From positions 15,604,544-15,668,543 of the forward strand of contig NC_057746.1 of assembly GCF_004010195.1 (NCBI RefSeq): 64,000 nucleotides of DNA, written 5' to 3'. Below the pieces are notes generated by a model that saw nothing but the letters and a program-made list of their open reading frames with translations, made no database searches and was not told where the DNA came from. Below are positions 49,229 through 61,140 of the stretch, in pieces; position 1 is the first letter of the stretch, and each line of letters begins with the position of its first letter. The DNA comes from Chiloscyllium plagiosum. Taxonomy: Eukaryota. The translations under genes were made by a program, and so were the position numbers.

Positions 49229-50526
49229 TTGCACCTCGGCTACTTTACTGAGGGCAGAATGCATACAGGATTTTTCTTATTAAAAAGTGCAATATGGCCA
49301 AGATTTAGCAGGGTGATAAATTCTGAACCCATATCAATGAGAATTCTTGCCGCTCTGACTCCTGGAGACCAGCTTTTGTCTCCAGATTCTTGAGGGGCAA
49401 ATGACTAGGGGATCACAGGAAGAGGGTGAGGGACTTCAGGGGATGGGAAGGTAGGGTTCAGAAGCAATAGCTGAGTGGTGACCTTCAGCAAGCATCTTCT
49501 GGCCCTTTCCCTCTAGTCCTTGCCATATTGGATCCAAAATGGGGACTCCGACACTGCACTTAAACCTAGCAAGCATGTTGACCTAGTTCTCCATCTGGGA
49601 GACCAGCCACAACTCTTAGCTGCTGGGAAGACGGTTAACTGAGCTCTTGGTTAAGGCTGTTAGTTGGTCATTGATTGATTGATGGCGAGTGAAGACGTCA
49701 CCCAGAGATATTGCTACTGAACCTTTAATCATCGAGTTGGTGAGAAGCTTGTTTCTTGGGTTAAAGTGCACAAGTATTTGCCCTTCCTGACTCCTTCCTC
49801 ACTACTCCAAGGCAGTCTGCAATCAAACATTATAATTCCAGAGTAAGAATCAAATATTCAAATTGCAGCTCATGAAAACTAATTTAGAACTGTCCTGAAA
49901 GTCATTTCACAAGACTGAAACACGTGAATCAGGTGTCATGAAATTGAAGGAGTTTGCAGTCCTTAAATTAGCTCTCTTTAATAAGTCAATGTTGCATTTT
50001 CAAGCTTTTTAACAGAAATAGCCTGTGCAATGGATATTTGGCTTGCACTTTTTCAAATCAAGGTTTTGTTTCTCCCTCGTAAGTTTGGCTTCCCATACTT
50101 CTTTCTCTCTCTCAGTAACAGAGCTTCTTCGTAAGCATGCTGTCTCTGCAGCATTATCGGGTCAAAATCCACACACCTTCTAGGAAGGTTATGATTATTT
50201 TTATGTTCAAATTAGCAAGAAGCATTAATAACAATTAGCAAACAGTTTGCAGAGATTTCAAAAAGCAAGTTGGTGCTTGAAAAAGGACCCTAATAATCTT
50301 TGAGGAGGTAGCAGAACTGTTTACAGGAAATTGTGTTAGGTGCAGAGCAGAGGAAAGTTAAGAACATAATGACAAGTTATCACACGGGTGTGGATTAGAG
50401 AACATTACGTAAGTACTTTGTATTAGTCTTCACACAAAAGAAAGTTCTAACTGTAGCACGATATCCTTATACCATTCCAACCCATCATTCAAGGTTAGGA
50501 CCTGGAACGAAGAAAGCTGACAACAT

Positions 50527-50773
50527 GTTACCTCAGAAGTTCCTGTCCAGTACCTCAAGCAGTGGTTCCTATTTTTGATATTTCAATTATTTATGTGGAG
50601 AAGTCGGCCAAGCTGGGCAAGCGGATCCGAAGGGCCTGTTTCCACACTGTAATCTAATCTAATCTAAAAAAAAGTTACCTCAGAGGTTCCTGTCCAGTAC
50701 CTCAAGCAGTGGTTCCTATTTTTGATATTTCAATTATTTATGTGGAGAAGTCGGCCAAGCTGGGCAAGCGGAT
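50527..50773 (+). repeat. 47-nt HE1-type 3' tail insertion (50627-50673) between 100-bp direct repeats
   Basis: 50527-50626 and 50674-50773 differ at one base; the insert is ccgaagggcctgtttccacactg(taatc)n plus an A-run. Confidence 0.9.
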
Positions 50774-51738
50774 GAACTGAGGCAATGTAACTAATCCCAT
50801 TTTCGAGTTCAGATAGGAAGAGGAAGAAGTTTGTGTGCACAAATTTCTAGAGGTGTCACAAGACGTTGAGAATAACTGCTTAAAAATGAAGTACTGTGAG
50901 CTTCTGAACTTTAAGATCTCCAAGAAAATATGGAGGGAAAGACCATGGCCTAATGGTATTATCACTAGTTATTAATCCAGAAACTCAACTAATGTTCTGG
51001 GGACATGAGGTGCTGCAAATCCTGCCACGGTAGAATTTGAATTCAGTAAAGCTTTTTGTAATTTACATAAATGATTTATGTGTGAATATTAGTGATGTAG
51101 TGGGCAGTGAAGAAAGTTATCTCAGAGTACAATGAAAGCCTGATCAGATGGGTCGAGGAGTGTGAGGTTTTGGGCAAGCAAATCAGGGCAGGACATGCAC
51201 ACTTAATAGTAATATCAGTGGGAGTGTTGCCTACTAAAGAGACTTTGGAGTGCAGGTTCATAGTTCCTTGAAAGTAGAGTCGCAGGTAGACAGTATGTTG
51301 ACAAAAGTGATCTGTTCCCTTGCCTTTATTGATCAGTGCATTGAATATAGGAATTAGGATGATATAGCTATATAGGACATTGTTTAAACCACTGTTAGAA
51401 TATCCAATTCTGGTTCCCCAGTTTAAAGGAAGTTTTTTTGAAAAAATTCATTCATGAGATGATCGCTGACTAGGTCTGTATTTATTGTCCATCCCAAATT
51501 GCTCAGAGCACAAGTAAGAGTTTCTACTGGTCTGGAGTCACATGCAGGCCAGACCAGGTAAGGATTGCAGGTTCCTTCCTAGAGAACATGAGTCATTAAG
51601 ATGGATTTTTCGCAAAATGTGTCAATGGATTCAGCGTCATCATGAGACTCTTAATTCCGCTCTCTGTGGCGGGATTCAAACCCAGATCCCCTGAAGATTA
51701 CCTAGGTCACTGGATTAACAAACCAGCAATTAAATTTA

Positions 51739-52055
51739 GGGCGGCACGGTGGCACAGTGGTTAGCACTGCTGCCTCACAGTGCCAGAGACCCGGGTTCAA
51801 TTCCCGCCTCAGGCGACTGACTGTGTGGAGTTTGCACATTCTCCCCGTGTCTGCGTGGGTTTCCTCCGGGTGCTCCGGTTTCCTCCCACAGTCCAAAGAT
51901 GTGCAGGTCAGGTGAATTGGCCATGCTAAATTGCCCGTAGTGTTAGGTAAGGGGTAAATGTAGGGGTATGGGTGGTTTGCGCTTCGGCGGGGCGGTGTGG
52001 ACTTGTTGGGCCGAAGGGCCTGTTTACACACTGTAAAGTAATCTAATCTAATCTA
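51739..52055 (+). mobile_element. Young HE1-like SINE inside a SINE/CR1/SINE nest (about 50935-52805)
   Basis: Full-length consensus-like copy; the flanking SINE and CR1 halves rejoin across it. Confidence 0.9.
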
Positions 52056-54526
52056 AAGCACAAGGCCATTGTCTCCTCATGCTGTTGAGCATGAAAGGCT
52101 TCAGAAAATATTTACAAGGATGTTGGTAGAATTGGAGGGTTGGAACTACAGGGAGAGTCTGAATAGTGGGGCTATTTTCTCTGGAGTGTGGGAGGCTGAG
52201 GGAGCTATAGGAGTTTATAAAATCTTGAGGAAGCATGGATAGAATGAATAACCAAGGTCTTTTTCCCAGGGTAGAGGGGTCCAAACTTAAAGGGCTTAAG
52301 TTTCAGGTAAGACAGGGAAAGACATAAAAGACCTAAGTGGCAACTTACTCAAGCAGAGGGTAATGCATATATGGAATGAGCTGCCAGAGGAAGTGGTGGA
52401 GGCAATATTTAAAATTCATCTGAATGGGTGCATGAATTGGAAGGATTTAGATGAATGTGGGCCAAATGTTAGCAAATGGGATTAGGTGAATTTAGTATAC
52501 CTTGTTGGCATGCATGAGTTGGTCGAAAGGATCTCGAACCGTGCGAGATTACAACTCTATAGTTGCAATCTGAAAGTCAGGCTCTACTGGCAGTCATGAA
52601 ACCATTGTCGATTGTCAGACAGATATCTGGTTCACTGATGTTATTTAGGGAAGGAAACCTGCCATCCTTACTTGTATGGCCTACATGTGACTCCAGATGC
52701 ACAGCAATGTAGTTTCCTCTCAACAGCCTCTATGCAATGAGGAATTGGTAATAAATGCTGGCCTAGCCAGAGCTCTCCACATTTCATGACTGAATAAGAA
52801 AAAAAATACAATATTCCTATGTTAAAATACAAAACACTCTGGATGTGGAAGATCGAAAATTAATACTGAAAATGCTGGAGAAACTCTGCATCTCTAGCAG
52901 TAAGAGTCAAATATGGCGCTTCAGAATTGAGAGCTAAAAAGCCAAATGAAATAGAAGAATTGAACTCGAGATGAGTTAAGAGTATCTGCTCTTGACACCA
53001 AAATAACATTTGACTGAGTGTGGCAACAAGGGAAACAAAAATGAAGTCAATGATATGGGGTGTCCATCAACCGAGGACAATGGTTGCTTTTATTTGAGGT
53101 CAAATATCTCAGTCTGACCACGTTGCTACAGGAGCTTCTCAGAGTAATGTCCTAAAACCAAATGCCTTAAGTTGATTCATGAATGACCAGTTCTCTGTCA
53201 AAAGAACATTATGGACATATTACCTAAAGATTGCATGATGTTTAGCACCATTCACAATTCCTCATACATTGAAGTAGTCCTATCCAACAGGCAGTAAAAC
53301 TGGACCATATCCAGGCATGAGTGGCAAGAAGTAGTCAAGCCAGGAATGACCATATTCATGAAGAGAAAATCTAACCATCTCCCTTTGACTATCAATGATT
53401 CTACTATCAATGAGTTCTCCAATATCCACATTCTGGGTATTTCTAGTGAACAGAAAATGAAGTGGAGAAGCCATGCAAATACTGATGCCTAAAGAATAGG
53501 TTAGAGGCTACAAATTCTAAAGCAGACAACTCACTTCTTAATTCTCCAAACACTGGTCATCATCACTAATCAGAAATATGCTGAAATAGCCTGTATTTTC
53601 TTTCAGCCAAAAGAAAGTATTGTGGTGAACTTGGTGGTGGAAAGTTGCTCAGTTGCGCGTGACAGCACTTATGGGTAAAAAGGAAAATAAAAGGTGCAGA
53701 CTTGAAGGAACAAGATCAGTTTCGATCTGCAGCAAAGTAAATGAAGCCTGGAAACAGTTATTATTTCCTGACATTTTTACTGTTTACTGTTGCCTGTAAT
53801 GAGTGACTGTGAAACTGAACAATTAGTGTGTAAGTCATCCATGTCTTTGGCAAAGAATGGAAAGAATTTGGAAGGAAGGAACTTGGAGAACAAAGGATTT
53901 TGAGGATCCAGAATAGCACCTCATCAAGAAGCATGGCTGGTGGTTATTGAATTGCATTTTCCGAGCGTATTTTCCCTGAACCATAATGCTTGCTGTAACT
54001 TCCATTGTCTTTTTTTTAGATATGTGCATGTTTTTGAAGGCAGTTAAGTTTTATCAGGTGAAGGTATGTGTCCACAGTTCATAGTTTTATTTACTTTTTT
54101 TGAGAACTCATTTATTTCTTAAAATCAGTAGTCTTGTTGAGTACAGGAAGGCAAATTTGGAGCTGTGTGTACATTGCTTAGATCAGAGTGGGTCTTGGCA
54201 ATAAGTGTACTTTCCCAAAAAGTGTCAGAACAAATGTAAATTTTCAACAATGTTTTTTTATGTTTCAGTGAGAGACCACCTCATTCAAACAAAAGCAAAA
54301 CAAGATTTGATCGAACAAGCCAGTTTTCAGTCTGAGATCTGACTTGTCCCATAACAACATCAATTGAGATTAAAACACATGTATAGCTGAGGATGTTTGC
54401 AAGAAAAATCTATAATTCAGCATCTATAATTCTTCAGTTATTTGAAATCTGGAGAAGTATCTCATTCATACTAAGGAAACATTAGCAACTCATCTCCAAG
54501 TTGTTCTCCATTGTTTTGCTTATTAA

Positions 54527-55416
54527 TTATTTAATTTTAAATTTGACTATATGTTTCACCATGCTCTTCAATTGTTCCCTGAACTTGGACTGAATCACCC
54601 CATAAATAAATGCATTTGAACAACAATTTAAACTGAGCAGCATAACTGCAACATCTGCAAAGATATGCATCGAATTATTGTAATATTCAGGACTAATTCC
54701 AGTAATGACAAAATACAAGAAATCTATAATATATAAAAGCCACAGGAGTATGAAGCTGCCAGATATGCTGAAGAGTAGCACCATAGACTTCCTTCTATTC
54801 TCCATCTCTCGGTCATGGCAATTCTGTCCTTTGCTCTGATCCCTCAGTGCCTTCCGGACTTGACTGGTCACTAATATGTATCTGACTGTCAGAGTGTTGA
54901 ACAACAGAATTAAAGCATACGGGATTAATGGAGTTATGACCTTATCAAACCAGTTAAATGCCACCCATGCAGGATCAGTGAAGAAGCTTGGCTTTAAACT
55001 GCAGAACCAGGGTATATTGTCAATTATTGCTCTATGTTCAATGGTGAAGTAGAAGGAAATATCTTTCAAGCAGAGAAGAATGCAGATAGTTGTCTGAACC
55101 AGCACTGCAATTTTTCCACTGCAATATTTTGTTTTCAGCTTCTGGCAACAAATGGCCACAAATCGATCAAAGGAGAAAGTGACAGTAAGCCAGACTGAAC
55201 ATTCTGAGGATGCATAAATCAGGACAAAGTTAATATTACACACAGGGGTGATGTTGAGGAATGATCCTGGGAAATAATATGATTTAATTCTCCATAGTAT
55301 AAATGCAGTGATAACAACCAGTAGATCCGCTGTTGCCATGGCTATCAGATAACGAGTGGTGCAGGTGGAGAGTCCACACTTTCCTCGTGATAGAATCAAA
55401 ATTGCTAATAAATTAA
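54527..55416 (-). CDS. GPR139-like GPCR gene 2, coding exon 2
   Basis: Acceptor ctgtcttgtag|TTAAT at 55416; ORF 54527-55399. Confidence 0.93.
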
Positions 55417-58400
55417 CTACAAGACAGACAAAAGAAACAAACTGAATATTACTGATAAATCATTATCTATGTTGACCTGGGAAGTCAGACATTTTATATG
55501 TAGAATAATAGATTGGGAAGGGGAAAGACTAAATATTGATGGAAAAAAAAGGACAACATAACCTTGTTAAAGGAGCAGCATCGTCACAACATCAATGTTT
55601 AGAATTGGGGAAAAGGTAGACAAACAGCTGCACCCCAAAATATGATGACAATATTAACATTTGAAAAAGGTAAAAAAAAAAGAGTTTGCCTGAGCTACAG
55701 GATTAATCCTGTCAGCCAGAGTTTTCTTCATTTCATTACAAATTCCAGACAAAGATACCCAAGATTATAACAGGAAATGACTCCGGCAACAACCCAAGAT
55801 CACACTCTTAGAAAGTGGATTATGTGGCTAATCCAAAACCCTGTGTTTGGACGTCCTGGGGATTCAGTAGGACAATTGAAGATTAGTCAAGAGAAACATG
55901 AAGCTCATTATTCTAGAGTGCATGGTAAGAGATCATACAAAGGGGAAAATTAGAGATTTAAATCAATTAATCAAGTTAGAAAAAAGAGGAATCTGTGAAT
56001 TCAAATTATTAAACAAATTCTATAAAACAAAAATTCTATAAACAGATATATAAATGTAGCACTATAACAGAAATAGGTTTAATACTGGATAGACAGTTCA
56101 AGATAGAGAGCTGGCAGACATACTAAAGGATCGTTTGTTTGACCTTGGACGGTACGAGAGACCTAAAGATATATGATCATATTAATGAATAACAAGACTA
56201 GCAATAAGATAAAAGTATTATATATAAAAAGAGGATATATGGGAATAAAATAAACAAACTAAACGAGGAAATAAAGACTGTGGTTTTCACAGGTTACAGT
56301 TGAAAAGAACCTAGACAAGATGTAGCAGTTATAATGCTTCACATACTTAACAAGTTTTAGCATAGAGGACTAACACACAGATAAAATAATTCCTGTACTT
56401 AAGAAAGAGGAATAAATATGCGTAGAGAATTACAGACCAGTGAGCCTAATTTTGATGATAGGAAAATAATGGAATTCATAAGGAATGAAATGAAGATTAT
56501 CTAAAAATAGGAAGTATTACAATTAATAAAATGGCTTTCAAAAGGGAGAGCCCAACTTATCTGTAGAAGCATAGAAAAAGGAGCAGAAGTAGGTCATTCG
56601 GCCCTTAGAGCCTACAACGTCATTCAATATGGTCATGACTGATCATCCAACTCAGTATCTTGCTTGTGCTTTCTCCCCTTCCTTTTGATCACTTCCGTCC
56701 TAAGAAATATACGTAACTTTTTCTTGAAATCATTCAATGTCAGTAAGATTTCCTACTAACTGAATTAAAGGCAACTTGTGGTCATTTACCTACAACAATT
56801 TACTATTGTATTTTTAAAAGGAACTTGGAATTTTCCCCACTCTAATGTAAGACTGACTAATTCCCTGTTTTTTCTCTCTATATATTTTAAAAAACTAGAT
56901 GGTATACATTAACCTTGAACCTTGATTAACCTCGAATCCATCGGAACTATTCCAGAGTCAATAGAACTTTGAAAGATGACCACCAATGCATTGAACATTT
57001 CTGTGACCACTTCCTTAAGCGTTCTTTGATGTATATCAACAGGGTTTGGAGATTCATTGTTCTTTAATCCCATCAATTTCAGCTCTGATCTCCAGCATCT
57101 GCAGCCCTCACTTTCTCCTCAACCCCATCAATTACCCTAACAACATTTCCCTACTAAAACTGACTTTCTTCAGTGCGTTCTTCTCATTAGGCACTGTGCT
57201 CCACAACATTTTTGGGAGTTTATTGAGTATCCTTCATAAAGGCAGAATCAAAGTATGTACTTAATTGGTCTGCCATCTCTTCATTACCAATTATAACTTC
57301 TGCTTTTGGCTGTCAGGGGCTTCCATTTGTCATCACTTAATCTTGTTCTTCTATTCACATATCTATAGATGTTTTTACAATTTGTATGAATGTTCCCAAA
57401 AAGTTTACTCCTGTACTATATTATCCTCCATCTTAATAAAATGATAATACCATAAGGATAGGTGCAGGAGTAGGCTGTTTGGTCCCTCAAACCTGCTCCA
57501 CCATTCAATAGGATCATGGCTGATCTGGCATTCCTCATGTCCATTTTTCTATCATTTCCCGTAACTCTTAACTCTCATACTGATAAAGACATCTTATCTT
57601 TAAATATCCATAAGGACTCTCCCAACACAGCATTCTGTTGCTTGCCTGACCAAAACTTTTTGTTAAAACAGTGACAGAGATAACAGAAGATATGACTTAT
57701 CTGGGTTTTTTAATCATCCTTGGTATTGTGCACAAGAGTGGATGAATGAGTAAAATGAGAGAATGTGGAGTCACGGGGCAAATGGCAGATCAGGATGGAA
57801 TCATTGCTTTTCACAATATACATTAATGATCAGGCAGTGCATCCAAAAACTAAAGGGTGGAGATTTAAGGTCAGAGGGATCAGTTGTAAAAGAGACCTAG
57901 GAGACAACTATATCATGCAGAGGCTGGTGCATATATGGAATGAGCTGACAGAGGAAGTGTGGAGGCGAGTAAACTTACAACAGCTAAAAGGCATCTGGAT
58001 GGATAGTTGAATAGGAAAGGTTTACAGGGACATTGTCAAAATACTGGCAAATGAGATTAGATTAATTTAGGATATCTGGTCAGCATGGACGAGTCGGATC
58101 CAAAGGTCGGATTCTGTGCTGTACAACTCTATGACTCTAATGGTTTTGATACTGGAATCAAGAACACAGTTTCTAAATTTGCAGCTGTCAAATAATTAAG
58201 GGGAAGCTCGACAAGTATGTGAGGGAGAACAGAGTAGGTGGCCATGACAGCAGGCATTGATGAGAAAGGAAGCAAGGAACCTTGAAAGAAGAAATAATAT
58301 TTACATTGTCTGTTTGGAACAAATTCCCACTTTCGTTGTGCTGTATGTGTGATGTCATCAATATTTACTTTGAAAGCATCATCAACAGCAAAATGCTTAC

Positions 58401-58947
58401 CCTTTGTTGTTGATTATGTCTGAAAGGGAAGGCGGCAGTTTCATTGAGAAAAAAGCAACGCAAACAAAACAAAGAGAACAATTCCAGGGACTGACCAATT
58501 TCAATACTGACTCTCTGAGTGTCTCCTGTACTGATCACTGACTCGGCTGTACATAATGTACCACTAAAGGAAACAAGTCGAAGACAATCAATGAGACTGA
58601 GAGTTATGAACATGTTTATTGTCTTTCTAAGCAAATGAACAAAACTGGAAATGTAATTCAGGATGTTTAACTTAAAAAAAGTGCCACTGATCCGAATCTG
58701 ATCAGATAAAAAGCATAATTATTAATCAAGACTAAAATGACAGAATGATTCCCTATCACTGATTTACAGATTTCAACTCTAAGAAAAAAATTCCAGAAAG
58801 AACAAAAAAGGAATAAAGAAATCTTTTTTTCACTCCAGGAACTGACTCAATCTCCGAAAAATGCAAGAGTGACAGATACTTACCAGGAACACCAATTATA
58901 GCAAGAATTGTGTAGTATGCTTTCTTGATGCTGAAAAATATTTCCAT
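54527..58947 (-). CDS. GPR139-like orphan class A GPCR, gene 2 (join 58947-58884, 55416-54527; 317 aa)
   Basis: MEIFFSIKKAYYTILAIIGVP|VNLLAILILSRGKCGLS...; 7 TM segments, DRF, NAFIY; same intron position and phase as gene 1; about 70% identical to gene 1 by eye over TM1-ICL2. Confidence 0.9.
58884..58947 (-). CDS. GPR139-like GPCR gene 2, coding exon 1
   Basis: ATG GAA ATA...GGT GTT CCT G|gtaagt; 64 nt. Confidence 0.88.
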
Positions 58948-59984
58948 ATTTTTCTTTGTGATGTGATCTGTCCCTTGCTGCTGCCGACAATCCCTGTAAA
59001 TTGGACTCTGAAGCAATATATTTGCAAAACCTTCTATTTTTAGTCTTTGGGACCTCCATAGGGGAATTGACATTACGGGATTGCTCAATATAGTTTCTTT
59101 AGTGATAATGAGAACCTGGTAATTATTTTAAATAATTATAATGCCAGGTATGACTTATTTGTTAGATTGAATAAGCGAATCAAAGAAACTAAACAACTTT
59201 CATTTCATGAATTTGTTAGCTGAAATTACAAGCTGTAATCAACTAGCTATGGTATTAATCAGCTCTTCAGCGTGCACAAGAGGCCAGAATTTAAGGAAAT
59301 CTGATAACTTGGAAGGATTTGGGACTCAAGATAAGAGCAGATTTGAAGATTTGAGACAAAGTTTGACCAAAATTTGACAGAGTAGAAATTAAAAACATAA
59401 CTGAGGCCTGAGAGAAAGAAATATTTGGGGGAAAAGAAGTTCTATTGCTACAGGAGCAAGGAATCTGCTTGTACTATTAAATGACGTCAGTTATGGAGGA
59501 AAATGAGACATGAAATGAAAATAAAAGAAATGGTTGATATGAGGGTTCAGAATAGGAGTGAGCCGATAGACTGAGCAAATTATTTTTTAATATTCAGTCA
59601 CAGAATATGGATGTCACTGGCCAGCCCAGTGTTTAGTACCCATTCCTCATCACCCAGAGGGCAATTGAGAGTCAATCACATTGCTGTTGGACCAGAGTCA
59701 CATGTTGGCCAGATGGGTAAAGATGGCCAAGTTCCTAAATCCAAAATGGTTTTAGATTTAAAGATCATTAGTAAATCAGAAGGGTTTTTCCTACACTCAG
59801 AATAGACACCCATACACATATAAGTCTATGGGGTGAATTTGAATTTGCAGAATTATATTTGCAGATACATTCTTTTTTGCTCAAAAAGTGCACAGTCTGC
59901 AGGCAGTCAATGCAGGTAATCAATCCATGTAATATTTTATGAATTCTTATTTTGGAAATAGCACATGTCTGATTCAAGATTGGG

Positions 59985-60365
59985 ATACATACAGACGGAC
60001 TCTAACCTCACAGCTTTAATGCATTGTCTGAGCTGAAATGCCACCCTTTTTTAAAATATAAAACCTTGCTTTCTTGAGAATGCGACTAAAAAGAAGTTCT
60101 GGGATTTACGTATTAATGAACTGAAACCTGCAACCCATTCCAAAAGACGAAAGACTTAACAACAGTCTAGGTTTGTTCAATATAGCATTTCACTGTCATC
60201 TTTTGTGATAAATTCTGCGTCTTTTGATTCTTTTTCAAAGTTACCAAATGAAGGATCAGCAGTCCAAAAGCTAGTGCTTCCAAATAAACCTGTTGGATGA
60301 AAACTTAGTGTTGTGTGATTTTTAACTACGTCCACCCCAGTCCAACATCGGCACCTCCACATCAT
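59985..60365 (+). mobile_element. Probable Penelope-like 3' remnant of another family
   Basis: atgaaggatcagcagtccaaaagctagtgcttccaaataaacctgttgg, an eroded hammerhead-like core followed by AATAAA. Confidence 0.45.
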
Positions 60366-60402
60366 GATAAAAGGGCATTGAATTATCATCACAGACAAAA
60401 TA

Positions 60403-60835
60403 AGCACTTCCTCAGTACTAACTCTCTGACAATGAAGCACTCCCTTATTACTTAATTTCTGACAGTGCGGCACTCCCTCAGTACTGACTCTCTGAACTTT
60501 CAGCACTCCCTCAACATTGACCCTCTGAAGCACTCCCTCAGTACTGACCCTCTGATATTTCGGCCCTCCCTCAGCATTGACCCTCTGACAGTGCAGCACT
60601 CCCTCAACACTGACCCTTTGACAGTGCAGCAGTCCCTCAGTACTGTCCCTCTGACAATGTAACATTCCTTCAGTATTGACCCTCTGACAGTGCTGCACTC
60701 CTTCAGTACTGACTCTCTGACAGTGCAACATTCCCTCAGCACTGACCTTCTGATAGTGCAGCACTCCCTCAGTACTGGCCCTCTGACAATGCATCAATCC
60801 ATCACTACTGACCTACTGACAGTGCAGCACTAGTA
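60403..60835. repeat. 33-bp tandem repeat (about 13 degenerate units)
   Basis: Unit gcactccctcagtactgaccctctgacagtgca. Confidence 0.9.
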
Positions 60836-61006
60836 CTGAAGATTGGACAGTACAGCCATCTGTTACTACTGATGCCACGACAGTGTTAGTGTTGCCTCAA
60901 CATTGACATTCCCATAATTCATGATTCCTCAGTGTTCTACCTCTGTTAATGCAATACTTCCCAATGATGCGCTTGTGACAGAGTAACCCTGTCCAAGGAG
61001 TACTGT

Positions 61007-61140
61007 GAGAAAGTGAGGACTGCAGATGCTGAAGACCAGAGTTGAAAAATGTGGTGCTGGAAAAACACAGCAGGCCAGACAGCATCCGAGGAGCAGGAGA
61101 ATCGACGTTTCGGGCATAAGCCCTTCTTCAGGAATGAGAT
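61007..61140 (-). mobile_element. Short Penelope-like remnant with intact minimal hammerhead motif and TSD
   Basis: TSD tccaaggagtactgtgag (60992-61009 / 61141-61158); minus strand reads CTGAAGA-A-GGGC-TTAT-GCCC-GAAA-C-GTC (61131-61104). Confidence 0.75.

Noticed and set aside
49035-49393. Poly-Pro / poly-Gly ORFs
   Set aside because: Translation of a poly-C tract whose length may itself be a sequencing artefact.
60403-60835. 33-bp repeats as a CRISPR array, or ORF 60177-60797 as a repeat protein
   Set aside because: The units are contiguous with no unique spacers, there are no cas genes, and the context is eukaryotic. The ORF is a by-product of a unit length divisible by 3.
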